Shown here piece by piece: positions 21,648-31,236 of a stretch of 64,000 bases of DNA. Made by a program: the position numbers and the translations under genes. The notes under the pieces were generated by a model. That model made no database searches. It saw only the letters and a program-made list of their open reading frames with translations, and had not been told where the DNA came from. The stretch is from contig JAVVGF010000004.1 in NCBI GenBank assembly GCA_032249235.1, positions 43,525 through 107,524 on the forward strand. The letters run 5' to 3'. The DNA comes from Thermoproteota archaeon (lineage in GTDB: Archaea; Thermoproteota; Thermoprotei; Gearchaeales; Gearchaeaceae). The number at the start of each line of letters is the position of its first letter. The stretch's first letter is position 1.

Positions 21648-21691
21648 CGATAAGATTTTATTTGAAAAGAAACATAAAGGATATAGCTTCA

Positions 21692-22144
21692 ATGGTTGTA
21701 AGAAGAGAAAAAGCTTCAAGAAAAAGAAGAGGCTATCGAGTTCATGGTTATGGTAGAACAGGTCAGCATAGAGGTAGTGGACAGAAAGGAGGTTTTGGAA
21801 AAGCAGGTAGGAAACCTGGAAAGCATGAGTATTCATGGATTTTGAGATATGATCCTGATTATTTCGGTAAACATGGATTCAGGAGACCTAATAAAAAAGA
21901 ATTCAATGAAATAAGCTTACTTGAAATTTCTCAATATGCAGATAAATGGTTAAAAGAAGGTTTTGCTAATCTAAAATATGGTTATCTTGAAGTAGATTTA
22001 TCAAAGCTTGGTTATAACAAAGTAGTTGCAGGTGGTGAATTAAAAGGCAAGTTCATTATAAAGGCATTAGCCTTTAGCGATGCTGCATTGAAGAAAATAA
22101 AGGAATCAGGTAGCATTGCGATAGTTGAAAATGTCAGCTCTTAA
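21692..22144 (+). CDS. rpl15: 50S ribosomal protein L15
   Basis: HGYGRTGQHRGSG, FGKHGF; ATG at 21692. Confidence 0.95.
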   Translation: MVVRREKASRKRRGYRVHGYGRTGQHRGSGQKGGFGKAGRKPGKHEYSWILRYDPDYFGKHGFRRPNKKEFNEISLLEISQYADKWLKEGFANLKYGYLEVDLSKLGYNKVVAGGELKGKFIIKALAFSDAALKKIKESGSIAIVENVSS

Positions 22145-23555
22145 TTCTTTAAGGCCTATCTTAAGATATCTTCCTGAAATACCAAAAGCTAGAAGACCAG
22201 TAAGCTTTAGAGAAAAAGCTGCATGGACTTTAATGGTGCTTACAATTTATATTATTTTCACTCAAATACCTCTATATCCTTTATCTTCTTCACAACAAGC
22301 AATTCCAGTACCTGCATTGTTTTCTATAATATTTGCTACAAGGATGGGGACGCTTGCACAACTTGGAGTTGGACCTATAGTTACTGCAGGTTTAATTATG
22401 CAATTGCTCGTAGGTTCAAAAATAATAAATCTAGATCTTACTGATCGTTCGCAAAGAGCACTATTTACAGGCGTTCAGAAATTCTTAGCAATCATCTTCA
22501 CCGCTTTAGAAGCTTCAGTATTCGTTTCAAGCGGTATTTTGCCAGCTGGAAGTTTAAGCAATGCAGTCCTAATAATTTTGCAATTATTAGGAGTTGGTAT
22601 ATTGATAATTTTATTTGATGAGATATTGCAAAAAGGATATGGATTTGGAAGCGCTGTAAGTCTTTTCATATTAGCAGGTGTCGCATTACAAATTTCTGTA
22701 GAACTATTTAGCCCTGCTTTTGCTAATGGTAGCTATGCTGGTCTTTTACCTGAGGCTATATACGTATTGAATGGAGGTGGTAGCTTAAGCGATTTCTTAT
22801 TCGGAAATCCAAATCTTGCCCGTTCATCTAGTCTAATTGGATTGATCGCAATGATTTTTACTTTAATCATAATCGTTTATTTACAGCAAGTAAAAATAGA
22901 AATACCTGTAGCATATCCTAAATATGGTGGAATTAAAGCAAAAATACCACTTCAGTTGATCTATGTATCAAACGTTCCAGTAATACTTGCAGGAGCATTG
23001 ACGGCAAATCTATTATTTTTTGGACAAATAGCTTGGAATAATTACAATAGAGCTAATAATGATCCTGTTTGGAATGCAATCGCTCAATTTAATATCATTA
23101 ATAATCAGGCAGTGCCTAGTGGAGGCATATTGTATTATTTATCCCCTCCAAGAGGTCTAAATGCTGCCTTTAGGGATCCTTTGCATGCTTTGATTTATGT
23201 TCTTTTATTCTCGCTATTATGTGTTTTATTCGCTTTGGCATGGGTAGAAACCTCTGGTATGAGTGCAGAGGAACAAGCTAGAAGATTAGTTAAATCTGGT
23301 ATTCAAGTACCTGGCTTTAGACATAGCGAATTAGTATTGGGTAATTTGTTAAAAAGATATACTAGAACATTGACATGGTTTAGCGGTTTAATAATAGGGC
23401 TCATTGCTTCGATTTCAGATGTTGTAGGTATCATAGGTACAGGAATAGGCATTCTTTTAGCAGTAGGTATAGTTTATCAATATTATATGATATTGGCAAG
23501 AGAGAGAATAGAAGAAGAATTCCCATCTATAGCAAGATTGCTTGAGGTGACATAA
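22131..23555 (+). CDS. secY: Protein translocase subunit SecY
   Basis: LGVGPIVTAGLIMQLL, YVSNVPVIL, QVPGFR; multi-TM. Confidence 0.97.
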   Translation: MSALNSLRPILRYLPEIPKARRPVSFREKAAWTLMVLTIYIIFTQIPLYPLSSSQQAIPVPALFSIIFATRMGTLAQLGVGPIVTAGLIMQLLVGSKIINLDLTDRSQRALFTGVQKFLAIIFTALEASVFVSSGILPAGSLSNAVLIILQLLGVGILIILFDEILQKGYGFGSAVSLFILAGVALQISVELFSPAFANGSYAGLLPEAIYVLNGGGSLSDFLFGNPNLARSSSLIGLIAMIFTLIIIVYLQQVKIEIPVAYPKYGGIKAKIPLQLIYVSNVPVILAGALTANLLFFGQIAWNNYNRANNDPVWNAIAQFNIINNQAVPSGGILYYLSPPRGLNAAFRDPLHALIYVLLFSLLCVLFALAWVETSGMSAEEQARRLVKSGIQVPGFRHSELVLGNLLKRYTRTLTWFSGLIIGLIASISDVVGIIGTGIGILLAVGIVYQYYMILARERIEEEFPSIARLLEVT

Positions 23556-24019
23556 TGGGCGATATATATTTTATACTTCATGAATTTTCTCTGATAATAT
23601 TATTTGCATTAATTCCAGCTTTACTTTCAGCTTTCTTAAACAGACTTCTCATCTCTAGGTCTTTCGGTATCGAAAGATATAGAAGAATAATGAGGGAAAT
23701 TAGGGATTTTGATAAGCAATTACTTCAGGCTGCAAGAAGCAAAGACAATTCAAAGTTAGAAAAATTGCAAGCAAAAAAACCTTATATCGATAAAATGCGT
23801 TCTCAAACATTCAAGATTACTATGATATCTACGATGGTCATGTTATTATTTTACTATGTATTTTTTGTTTACCTATTTGTCATGATATTTAAAGAACCAT
23901 TCGATGTATTGTTCCCTATCATTTCTTCTAATTTCTCTATACCACTTTATTATTGGTATATCATTTGTCTTATGCTATTAAGTTTATTAATAAATAGGAA
24001 GATAGGAATCTATTATTGA
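23555..24019 (+). CDS. EMC3/TMCO1 (DUF106, Oxa1 superfamily) membrane protein
   Basis: TM, coiled coil, then TMs; WYII motif; conserved position after secY. Confidence 0.8.
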   Translation: MGDIYFILHEFSLIILFALIPALLSAFLNRLLISRSFGIERYRRIMREIRDFDKQLLQAARSKDNSKLEKLQAKKPYIDKMRSQTFKITMISTMVMLLFYYVFFVYLFVMIFKEPFDVLFPIISSNFSIPLYYWYIICLMLLSLLINRKIGIYY

Positions 24020-24020
24020 A

Positions 24021-24281
24021 ATGCCTAGGCCTGCACATAGAAATGATAAGATACATTTGGTTAGGACGCCAGGAGGAATTGTTAAAATACATTATGAAAA
24101 ACCTAAAAGAAATAAGGATAAGTGTGCAATATGCAAATCTGAGCTCCATGGGACTTATCATGGAAGGGGAGGCTTATCTAAATCTTCAAGAAGAGTTAAA
24201 AGACCATACGGCGGGCATTTATGTCCCAATTGTCTTAAGAATCTAATAGAAAGTAAAGTAATAGCTCAAATTAAGATTTGA
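24021..24281 (+). CDS. rpl34e: 50S ribosomal protein L34e
   Basis: RTPGG, RPYGGHLC. Confidence 0.96.
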   Translation: MPRPAHRNDKIHLVRTPGGIVKIHYEKPKRNKDKCAICKSELHGTYHGRGGLSKSSRRVKRPYGGHLCPNCLKNLIESKVIAQIKI

Positions 24282-24838
24282 TAGTTATAGCATTAAGCGG
24301 TTTAGCAGGTTCTGGTAAAACGACCGTTGGTAAAAGAGTTTCTCAGCATTTCAAGCTTAGATTTATATCCATAGGAAGTCTGTTCAGAGAAATGGCACAA
24401 GAGTTGAATGTAAGCTTAGAAGAATTCCATCGTATGGCTGAAAAAGATCCAAAATACGATTTGCTGGTCGATAATAAAGCAATAGAGGAAGCTAAAAAGG
24501 GTAATGTTTTAATTGAAGGTCATCTTGCATGCTGGATATTAAAGGATATTGCTGATATCAAAATTTATCTAATTGCTCCTTTGGAAGAAAGAGCGAAAAG
24601 GATTGCAGAAAGAGACAATTTGAGCTTTGAAAAAGCTATCGAAGAAATTAAAAAAAGAGAAGAGAGCAATAGAAAAAGATACAAAGAAATATATGGCATA
24701 GATATAAATGACCTTTCTATCATGGATTTCATAATAAATACTTCAAAATTTTCTCCTGAAGGTATTGAGAAAATACTTATATCTATAATTGAAGCATATC
24801 TCTCTAATAAGAATGCCTCCATTAGTTACGATAGGTAG
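24278..24838 (+). CDS. cmk: Cytidylate kinase
   Basis: GLAGSGKTT P-loop, FREMA, RYKEIYGID. Confidence 0.93.
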   Translation: MIVIALSGLAGSGKTTVGKRVSQHFKLRFISIGSLFREMAQELNVSLEEFHRMAEKDPKYDLLVDNKAIEEAKKGNVLIEGHLACWILKDIADIKIYLIAPLEERAKRIAERDNLSFEKAIEEIKKREESNRKRYKEIYGIDINDLSIMDFIINTSKFSPEGIEKILISIIEAYLSNKNASISYDR

Positions 24839-25088
24839 ATTAGCAGTAAAGTTAAGAGGTAGAGATGCAGGTCGTAAATGCGTATTAGTTAATATAATCG
24901 ACAAAAATTTCGTAACAGTAACGGGTCCTAAGCAATTAACAGGTGTTAGAAGAAGGAAGGTGAATATAGATCATTTATTGCTATTACCTCAGCAGATTAA
25001 AATATCCAAGAATGCATCTGATGAAGAAGTGTTGAAAGCTTTGCAAGAAGCAAATTTAATAGATTTCATGAAAGAAGGAGTGATATGA
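24813..25088 (+). CDS. rpl14e: 50S ribosomal protein L14e
   Basis: GRDAGRKCV, TGVRRRKVN. Confidence 0.95.
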   Translation: MPPLVTIGRLAVKLRGRDAGRKCVLVNIIDKNFVTVTGPKQLTGVRRRKVNIDHLLLLPQQIKISKNASDEEVLKALQEANLIDFMKEGVI

Positions 25089-26064
25089 ATCAAAGACAAA
25101 TTTTATACAAAAAGGATAGTAAAGTTAGGATAAAGCTTAGCCCAATCCCTTTTGTTAAAAGGACCATTGAAGAGCATTTGAATTATTCTTTTTGTCTTCT
25201 AGATAAGCCTAGAGGACCAACAAGTCATGAAATTGCTGCTTGGATTAAAAAAGAATTCGGAATACCTGTTACTCACAGCGGGACCCTAGAAGATTTTGGG
25301 GAAATCCCGCTGTATCAGGTTTATTATTAATATTATTTGGAAAAGCTAGGAAGCTGAGCAATTTGCTGGCTAGATTTGATAAGACTTATATCTGCGAAAT
25401 GCAATTGCATGAAGAAGTAGAGGAAGAAAAATTAAGAAATGTCATTAATCTTTTTGTAGGAAAAATATACCAAAAGCCTCCTTTGAGATCCGCTGTTAAA
25501 AAAGTTCCAAGAATTAGAAAAATTTATTCAATCGATATTTTAGACATTGTTGGAAGGAATGTCTTGATGCAAGTTAGATGTGAAGCAGGCACTTATGTTA
25601 GGAAACTTTGTTTCGATATAGGAGAAGTCCTAGGTTCTGGTGCACATATGACTGAGCTTAGGAGAATTGCAATTGGTTTTTTAGACGAAAATTATGAATA
25701 CATTGCTACAATGCACGAATTATTCGGAGCTTATAGATTGTGGAAGAATAAAAACGAAGATTTCTATTTGAGATATTATTTAAGACCTATTGAAGAATTG
25801 CTTTTCTTTTTACCTAAGGTATTTGTTAAAGATACTGCTCTTTTCTCAATAACTCATGGTTCTTTTATTGCAGCACCTGCTATTGTAGCTGTTACATCAG
25901 ATTTGAAAAAGAATCAAAATGTTGGCATATATAATTTAAACAATGAGCTGATTGCAATAGGTAAATCTGAAATGGATGCTAAAGAAGCAATAGAAAAAGA
26001 AAAAGGAGTGGTTGTAAAAATAGATAAGGTTTTGAAAGTATATGAGAAGAAAGAAGTCGAATGA
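25085..26064 (+). CDS. cbf5: H/ACA pseudouridine synthase Cbf5, spliced: exon 1 25085-25289, intron 25290-25303, exon 2 25304-26064
   Basis: DKPRGPTSHE..HSGTL in ORF1; YQKPP, GTYVRKLC, LRR and PUA domain in ORF2. Removing 14 nt restores HSGTLDPAVSG in frame; BHB motif at the junctions. Confidence 0.93.
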
Positions 26065-26148
26065 CGCCGGGAGTGGGATTTGAACCCACGAGGGCAAACG
26101 CCCACAGGCTCTCCAGGCCTGCGCCTTACCTGGCTAGGCTATCCCGGC
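26065..26148 (-). tRNA. tRNA-Ser(GGA)
   Basis: Cloverleaf; CAGGC-CTGGAGA-GCCTG; long variable arm. Confidence 0.97.
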
Positions 26149-26194
26149 TATAGCTAAAAGATTTTAAAGGTGTCTAACTAATAAATTTACTATA

Positions 26195-26641
26195 ATGTCT
26201 CAAAATTTCAAATATGTAGTAAGGATATCGAATACTGATTTGAATGGTAAGGATCAGCTATTTTATGCATTACAAAAAATAAAGGGAATTGGTATTAATA
26301 CTGCCATCGCTATTTGTAGGCTTGCTGGTTTTCATCCCTATACAAAATTAGGCTCTTTGAATGATGAAGACATTAAAAAGATTGAATATCTAGTCAAGAA
26401 CTTACATGAAAAAGTTCCATGGTGGTTCAATAATTATAAAAAGGAACGCTTTACTGGGCAAAATATTCATTTGATAGAGTCTGATTTGATATTAAAAGCA
26501 AGGGAAGATATAGAATTCCAGAAAGCTTTGAAGAGCTGGAAAGGAATGAGGCATGCTGCAGGTTTAAAGGTTAGAGGGCAATCTACGAGAACAACAGGTA
26601 GAACTGGTTTAACAGTGGGAGTTACAAAGAAAGCTCAATGA
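26195..26641 (+). CDS. rps13: 30S ribosomal protein S13
   Basis: IKGIG, GLKVRGQST. Confidence 0.96.
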   Translation: MSQNFKYVVRISNTDLNGKDQLFYALQKIKGIGINTAIAICRLAGFHPYTKLGSLNDEDIKKIEYLVKNLHEKVPWWFNNYKKERFTGQNIHLIESDLILKAREDIEFQKALKSWKGMRHAAGLKVRGQSTRTTGRTGLTVGVTKKAQ

Positions 26642-26642
26642 A

Positions 26643-27101
26643 ATGAGGAGATTTAAGAAGACTTGGGAAGGGCCAAGGCATCCATGGAGAAAGGATGTTT
26701 TACTTGCAGAAATCGATCTTCTTGGCCGTTATGGATTAAAAAACAAGAGAGAGCTTTGGAAGATGAAAACAATATTGAGAAAGATAAGGAAAAGAGCAAG
26801 AGCACTTTTAGCTTTGTCTCCTACAGAAAGAGCTATAGAAGAAGAAAAGCTGAAGAACCTTTTAATAAAGTATGGCTTGATCGATGAAAATGCCGATATC
26901 AGTGCTATCTTATCTCTAACCATAGAAGACATATTGAAAAGAAGACTTCAAACAGTTGTTTATAATTTAAAGCTTGCTAATAGCATTTATCATGCAAGGC
27001 AATTAATAGTTCATAAAAAGGTAATGGTTGGAGATAGAATTATATCAAGTCCTTCTTATTTGGTAAAGAAAGACGAGGAAGATAAAATAAAGATAATATG
27101 A
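26643..27101 (+). CDS. rps4: 30S ribosomal protein S4
   Basis: [22 protein letters not shown]. Confidence 0.96.
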   Translation: MRRFKKTWEGPRHPWRKDVLLAEIDLLGRYGLKNKRELWKMKTILRKIRKRARALLALSPTERAIEEEKLKNLLIKYGLIDENADISAILSLTIEDILKRRLQTVVYNLKLANSIYHARQLIVHKKVMVGDRIISSPSYLVKKDEEDKIKII

Positions 27102-27493
27102 GCGAAAAGAATAAGCTTTGGGGTATAGCTCATATTTATTCGTCAAGAAATAATACTTTAATCTACATTACTGATCTTTCTGGGGCTCATCTAATAACTT
27201 GGAAATCTTGTGGAACAGTTGTTAAGGCAGATAGAGAAAAGAAAACGCCATATGCTGCGATGATGGCAGCATTCAAAGCAGCTGAAGAAGCGATAAGTAA
27301 AGGTATCGCAGGTGTGCACATAAAAGTTAGAGCTCCTGGAGGACATGGGCAAAAAACACCAGGGCCTGGAGCAAATGCTGCTATTAGAGCGCTTGCAAGA
27401 GCAGGATTGATGATAGGCAGAATCGAAGACGTTACACCTCTTCCGCATGACACAACAAGGAAACCAGGAGGTAGGAGAGGTAGGAGAGTCTAG
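27098..27493 (+). CDS. rps11: 30S ribosomal protein S11
   Basis: [23 protein letters not shown]. Confidence 0.97.
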   Translation: MSEKNKLWGIAHIYSSRNNTLIYITDLSGAHLITWKSCGTVVKADREKKTPYAAMMAAFKAAEEAISKGIAGVHIKVRAPGGHGQKTPGPGANAAIRALARAGLMIGRIEDVTPLPHDTTRKPGGRRGRRV

Positions 27494-27971
27494 AATTGTT
27501 GTTTTAGGAGGTTCTTTTAGCCAAATTCATAAAGGTCATATTGAATTGTTAAAGAGTGCCTTAAAAATATCTAAGAGATTAAAAATTGGTTTAGTTTTCG
27601 ATCCTGGAAATAAACCTTTTAAGGAATTAATTGAAGATTATCAAACAAGATACAATAAATTGAAAAAAGCTATATTAGAATTAGATAAAGAAGCGGATTT
27701 CGAAATTGTTCCGATTTATGATCCTTATGGTCCTTCCATTAGCGAACCCAATTTGACTGATATTGTTTGCACCGAAGAAACTTTACCTAGAGCAATAGAA
27801 ATAAATGAGATAAGGAAGAAAAAAGGTTTAAAGCCCTTGAATGTTCATTACATAATTCTAGCATTAGCAGAAGATCTCTTACCGATAAGAAGCTCAAGGA
27901 TTAGAGCTGGGCAAATTGATGAAAATGGAAAATTATTAGTAAAAGAAGTTAAGATAATTTATGATGAATGA
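27447..27971 (+). CDS. coaD: Phosphopantetheine adenylyltransferase, archaeal type (start uncertain)
   Basis: [11 protein letters not shown] (HxGH), [25 protein letters not shown]. Confidence 0.85.
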   Translation: MTQQGNQEVGEVGESRIVVLGGSFSQIHKGHIELLKSALKISKRLKIGLVFDPGNKPFKELIEDYQTRYNKLKKAILELDKEADFEIVPIYDPYGPSISEPNLTDIVCTEETLPRAIEINEIRKKKGLKPLNVHYIILALAEDLLPIRSSRIRAGQIDENGKLLVKEVKIIYDE

Positions 27972-29430
27972 AATTAAATTTTACGAAAGAGAATATCAAA
28001 TTCTTAATAAAATTCTTAATGATTTCAAAAGCCTTCAAGAATTATCCAGCGAGTTGAACATCCCTTTCGCTACTCTTTATAGCTGGGTAGAAGATCTGAA
28101 GATTAAAGGATATGTTGATGCAAGAGATGAAATTCTTAAAAAGATATCTTTGACAGAAGAAGGAAAAAGATACGCTGAACAAGGTCTACCTGAGAAGAGA
28201 TTGGCTTTAATTCTAAAAGAAAAAGAAGCAATGAGTTTAGAAGAATTGAAATCATTCTTCACAAAAAATGAGTTGGATATTGCAATAATGCATGCTTTAA
28301 AAAAAGGCTTTATAAAATATTTTGAAGGAAAAATAAAATTTGTAAGTTTGTATGAGACAAATGATGAAAAGTTATTAAATGAGATAAAAAATAAAGGTGA
28401 AATAATCGTAAATGAATTAAATGAAGAATTAAAAATTTTAAAAAGGAGAGGATTAATTGAAGTAAATGAATTTAAAAAGACTTATATAAAAGCAAGCAAA
28501 TTTGTAAGAGATTCAATAATATCTAAAAATTATGTAATAATACCTGAAATTTCTAAAATAACAAGCGATGATATTATCTCAGGCAAATGGAAACAATATC
28601 CTTTGAAGGCTTATAACTTAGAAGCTTTACCACCAATCGTTTATTTTGGTAGATCGCAAGTATACATGAGATTTCTTGAAGAAGTTAAAAAAGTCCTATT
28701 AGAAATGGGTTTTGAAGAATATGATTGGGATTATATCCTTCCAGAATTATGGAATTTCGATGTGTTATTTGTTCCGCAAGATCATCCAGCAAGAGATGTT
28801 CAAGACACTTTCAGAGTAAATCTTCCTCCAGCTATTTTGGATGAAATTTTTGCTGAAAAAGTTAAAGATATGCATGAAAAGGTATTCAATGAAGCTTTAG
28901 GATGGAACTATAAATGGGATGCAGAAATTGCTCGAAGGCTTGTTTTAAGAACACATACAACACCCGTTTCTATAAGATACATATACGAGAATAAAGATAA
29001 AGAAGCAAAAGTTTTTTGTATTTCTAGAAACTTTAGAAGAGATTTGCCTGATAGAACACATTTCATAGAATTTTATCAATGTGAAGGAATAATGGTAGGA
29101 AATAAGCTAAATTTCTCTAATTTATTATATTTCCTTAAAGAATTTGCCTCAAGATTGGGCCTAGAGAAAATTAGATTCAAGCCTAGCTACTTTCCTTTCA
29201 CTGAACCAAGTGTAGAAGGTTCTGTCTATCATGATAAATTAGGTTGGATCGAAGCCTTACCTGGAGGAATGTTCAGACCTGAAATGTTAAATATGCTCGG
29301 AGTTAAATCTCGAGTTCTAGCATGGGGAATAGGTATTGATAGACTTGCAATGGCTTATTTAGGAATAGATGATATAAGAGAATTGTTCTCAAAGGATTTG
29401 AATTTCCTAAGAAGTGCAAGAATGTTGTAA
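27961..29430 (+). CDS. pheS: Phenylalanyl-tRNA synthetase alpha subunit
   Basis: PQDHPARDVQDTF, LRTHTT, YFPFTEPS, WGIGIDR. Confidence 0.97.
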   Translation: MMNEIKFYEREYQILNKILNDFKSLQELSSELNIPFATLYSWVEDLKIKGYVDARDEILKKISLTEEGKRYAEQGLPEKRLALILKEKEAMSLEELKSFFTKNELDIAIMHALKKGFIKYFEGKIKFVSLYETNDEKLLNEIKNKGEIIVNELNEELKILKRRGLIEVNEFKKTYIKASKFVRDSIISKNYVIIPEISKITSDDIISGKWKQYPLKAYNLEALPPIVYFGRSQVYMRFLEEVKKVLLEMGFEEYDWDYILPELWNFDVLFVPQDHPARDVQDTFRVNLPPAILDEIFAEKVKDMHEKVFNEALGWNYKWDAEIARRLVLRTHTTPVSIRYIYENKDKEAKVFCISRNFRRDLPDRTHFIEFYQCEGIMVGNKLNFSNLLYFLKEFASRLGLEKIRFKPSYFPFTEPSVEGSVYHDKLGWIEALPGGMFRPEMLNMLGVKSRVLAWGIGIDRLAMAYLGIDDIRELFSKDLNFLRSARML

Positions 29431-31088
29431 TGCCAACGATAATCCTAGATAAGAAAAGGATTTTCAGAAGCTTAAATAAGGAATTATCTTTAGAAGAATT
29501 AGAAAGGTTACTAGAATATCTTAAATGTGAAATTAAAGAAGAAAAAGAAGACGAGCTAATATGTGAAATAACAACAGACAGAGCAGATTGTTTCACTACT
29601 GAAGGAATTATAAGAGCATTAAAAGGTATTCTTGGAATGGAAAAAGGATTAATAAAATTCGATTTCTTCGATGATGAATTCGAGGTCTATATAGATGAAA
29701 ATGTTTCAAATGTAAGGCCTTATGTAGTTATGGCAACTGTGAGAGGAGTAAAACTCGATGTTAGAGCATTAGAAAGCATAATAAGATTTCAAGAAGTACT
29801 ACATGAAACTTTAGGTAGAAATAGAAGAAAGGCTTCGATTGGAATTTATGACATTTCAAAGCTCGATAAAAAAATATATTACAAATGCCTCCCTTTGGAT
29901 GAGATAAAATTCAGACCCCTTGATAAAGATGAGTTGATGAATGGATATAGAATATTGAATGAAACAGAAAAAGGAATACAATATAAACATTTAATACCTG
30001 AAAAAAAGGCACCCGTATTGATTGATTCAAAAGGGACTTTTTTGAGCCTAGCGCCGATAATAAATTCCCAAGATGCTAAAGTAACAGTAAGAACAACTGA
30101 TATATTAATAGATTCTACAGGCTTTGATATCAATTTCATAACTTCAATAGTATCTTTAATGGCTTATGCAATTAGCTTTTATGGAGGAAAGATAGGTTTA
30201 CTTAATCATCATTATCCTAACAAGTCTTTCAAAATAAGCTTCAAAAATAGAAATTTGGTTTTGGAGAAAAATTATGTAGAAGATATATTAGGTTTTTCAA
30301 TAAACGATTATGAGCTTGAAGATATTTTGTTAAGAGCAAGATATGGAATTGAAAAGAAGGATAATAAATATAATGTCGAAGTACCTTTTTACAGATTAGA
30401 TGTTCTAAATAGCATAGATATAATAGAAGATATAGCAATAATAAAAGGATATAGCAACATAGAATTGAAAAGTCCTATCCTTGAAACTAGAAGTAAAATA
30501 AGCAATAAAAGTATAATAGCTAGAACTTTCAGAGAAATATTCAATGGTTTCGGTTTCCAAGAAGTTACCAATTATATGATTTGTAATAGTGAAACTCAAA
30601 CAGAAAAAGTAATGTTGAATAAAGAAGAAATTGGTCTCATTCTTCTTGTAAATCCAATTAGTAAAGAATATGATTGCATTAGAGCAAATATATTCCCTTG
30701 TCTTTTAGATTTCTTATATTATAACAGGAGTTATTCTTATCCTCAGAAAATATATGAAATAGGAGATGTAATCTATTATAAAAGTAATTCAATTCATACA
30801 GATTTCAGATTTTCTTCTTTAATAATACATAATGATGCAAGCTTTGAAGAAATGCATAGTTTCTTATATAGTTCATTTAAAGTCTTGAATTTAGATTTCA
30901 GATTAAGAGGAAATGATTTACCTTTCTTACTAAATGGAAGGAGGGCAGACATAATAGTTGGTGATGAAAATATAGGATGGATTGGAGAAATTAATCCAGA
31001 AATTTCTATAGGTTTTTCTTTATACCAACCAATTGTAGCTTGTGAATTAAGCTTAAGTAAAATCTTAAAATTTATTTTTAATAAATAA
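29430..31088 (+). CDS. pheT: Phenylalanyl-tRNA synthetase beta subunit
   Basis: MPTI start, RNRRKASIGIYD, PIINS, DIIEDIAI, GEINP. Confidence 0.95.
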   Translation: MPTIILDKKRIFRSLNKELSLEELERLLEYLKCEIKEEKEDELICEITTDRADCFTTEGIIRALKGILGMEKGLIKFDFFDDEFEVYIDENVSNVRPYVVMATVRGVKLDVRALESIIRFQEVLHETLGRNRRKASIGIYDISKLDKKIYYKCLPLDEIKFRPLDKDELMNGYRILNETEKGIQYKHLIPEKKAPVLIDSKGTFLSLAPIINSQDAKVTVRTTDILIDSTGFDINFITSIVSLMAYAISFYGGKIGLLNHHYPNKSFKISFKNRNLVLEKNYVEDILGFSINDYELEDILLRARYGIEKKDNKYNVEVPFYRLDVLNSIDIIEDIAIIKGYSNIELKSPILETRSKISNKSIIARTFREIFNGFGFQEVTNYMICNSETQTEKVMLNKEEIGLILLVNPISKEYDCIRANIFPCLLDFLYYNRSYSYPQKIYEIGDVIYYKSNSIHTDFRFSSLIIHNDASFEEMHSFLYSSFKVLNLDFRLRGNDLPFLLNGRRADIIVGDENIGWIGEINPEISIGFSLYQPIVACELSLSKILKFIFNK

Positions 31089-31091
31089 TCT

Positions 31092-31190
31092 TGGGGGTGC
31101 ATCCTTATTGAGAGAGCTATAACGAATGGGTGAATACCCTTGATGAGTTATAGTGTTGTTAATAAGGATCAGGGTGCACCCCCACCACAG
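31092..31190 (+). ncRNA. Putative structured ncRNA: long hairpin with K-turn-like motif (H/ACA-guide-like)
   Basis: GC-rich island in AT-rich DNA; nested stems TGGGGGTGCATCCT/AGGGTGCACCCCCA and GCTATAAC/GTTATAGT; GA...TGATGA; ACA at 31187-31189. Confidence 0.6.
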
Positions 31191-31236
31191 GATAATTTAA
31201 TATTCTTCTTAGAAGATTTTAACAAGGTGAATTTAA

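Noticed and set aside
6561-24019. Absence of EF-2 from the str cluster and of adk after secY
   Set aside because: Such rearrangements are common in TACK archaea and the genes are probably elsewhere; this cannot be judged from one window
25085-26064. cbf5 as a frameshifted pseudogene or two separate genes
   Set aside because: A BHB-bounded 14-nt intron at the known site restores the frame and the catalytic Asp
31092-31190. BHB processing motif or split-tRNA half in the pheT-dnaG hairpin
   Set aside because: Bulge and helix registers do not fit a BHB, and there is no T-loop or anticodon arm
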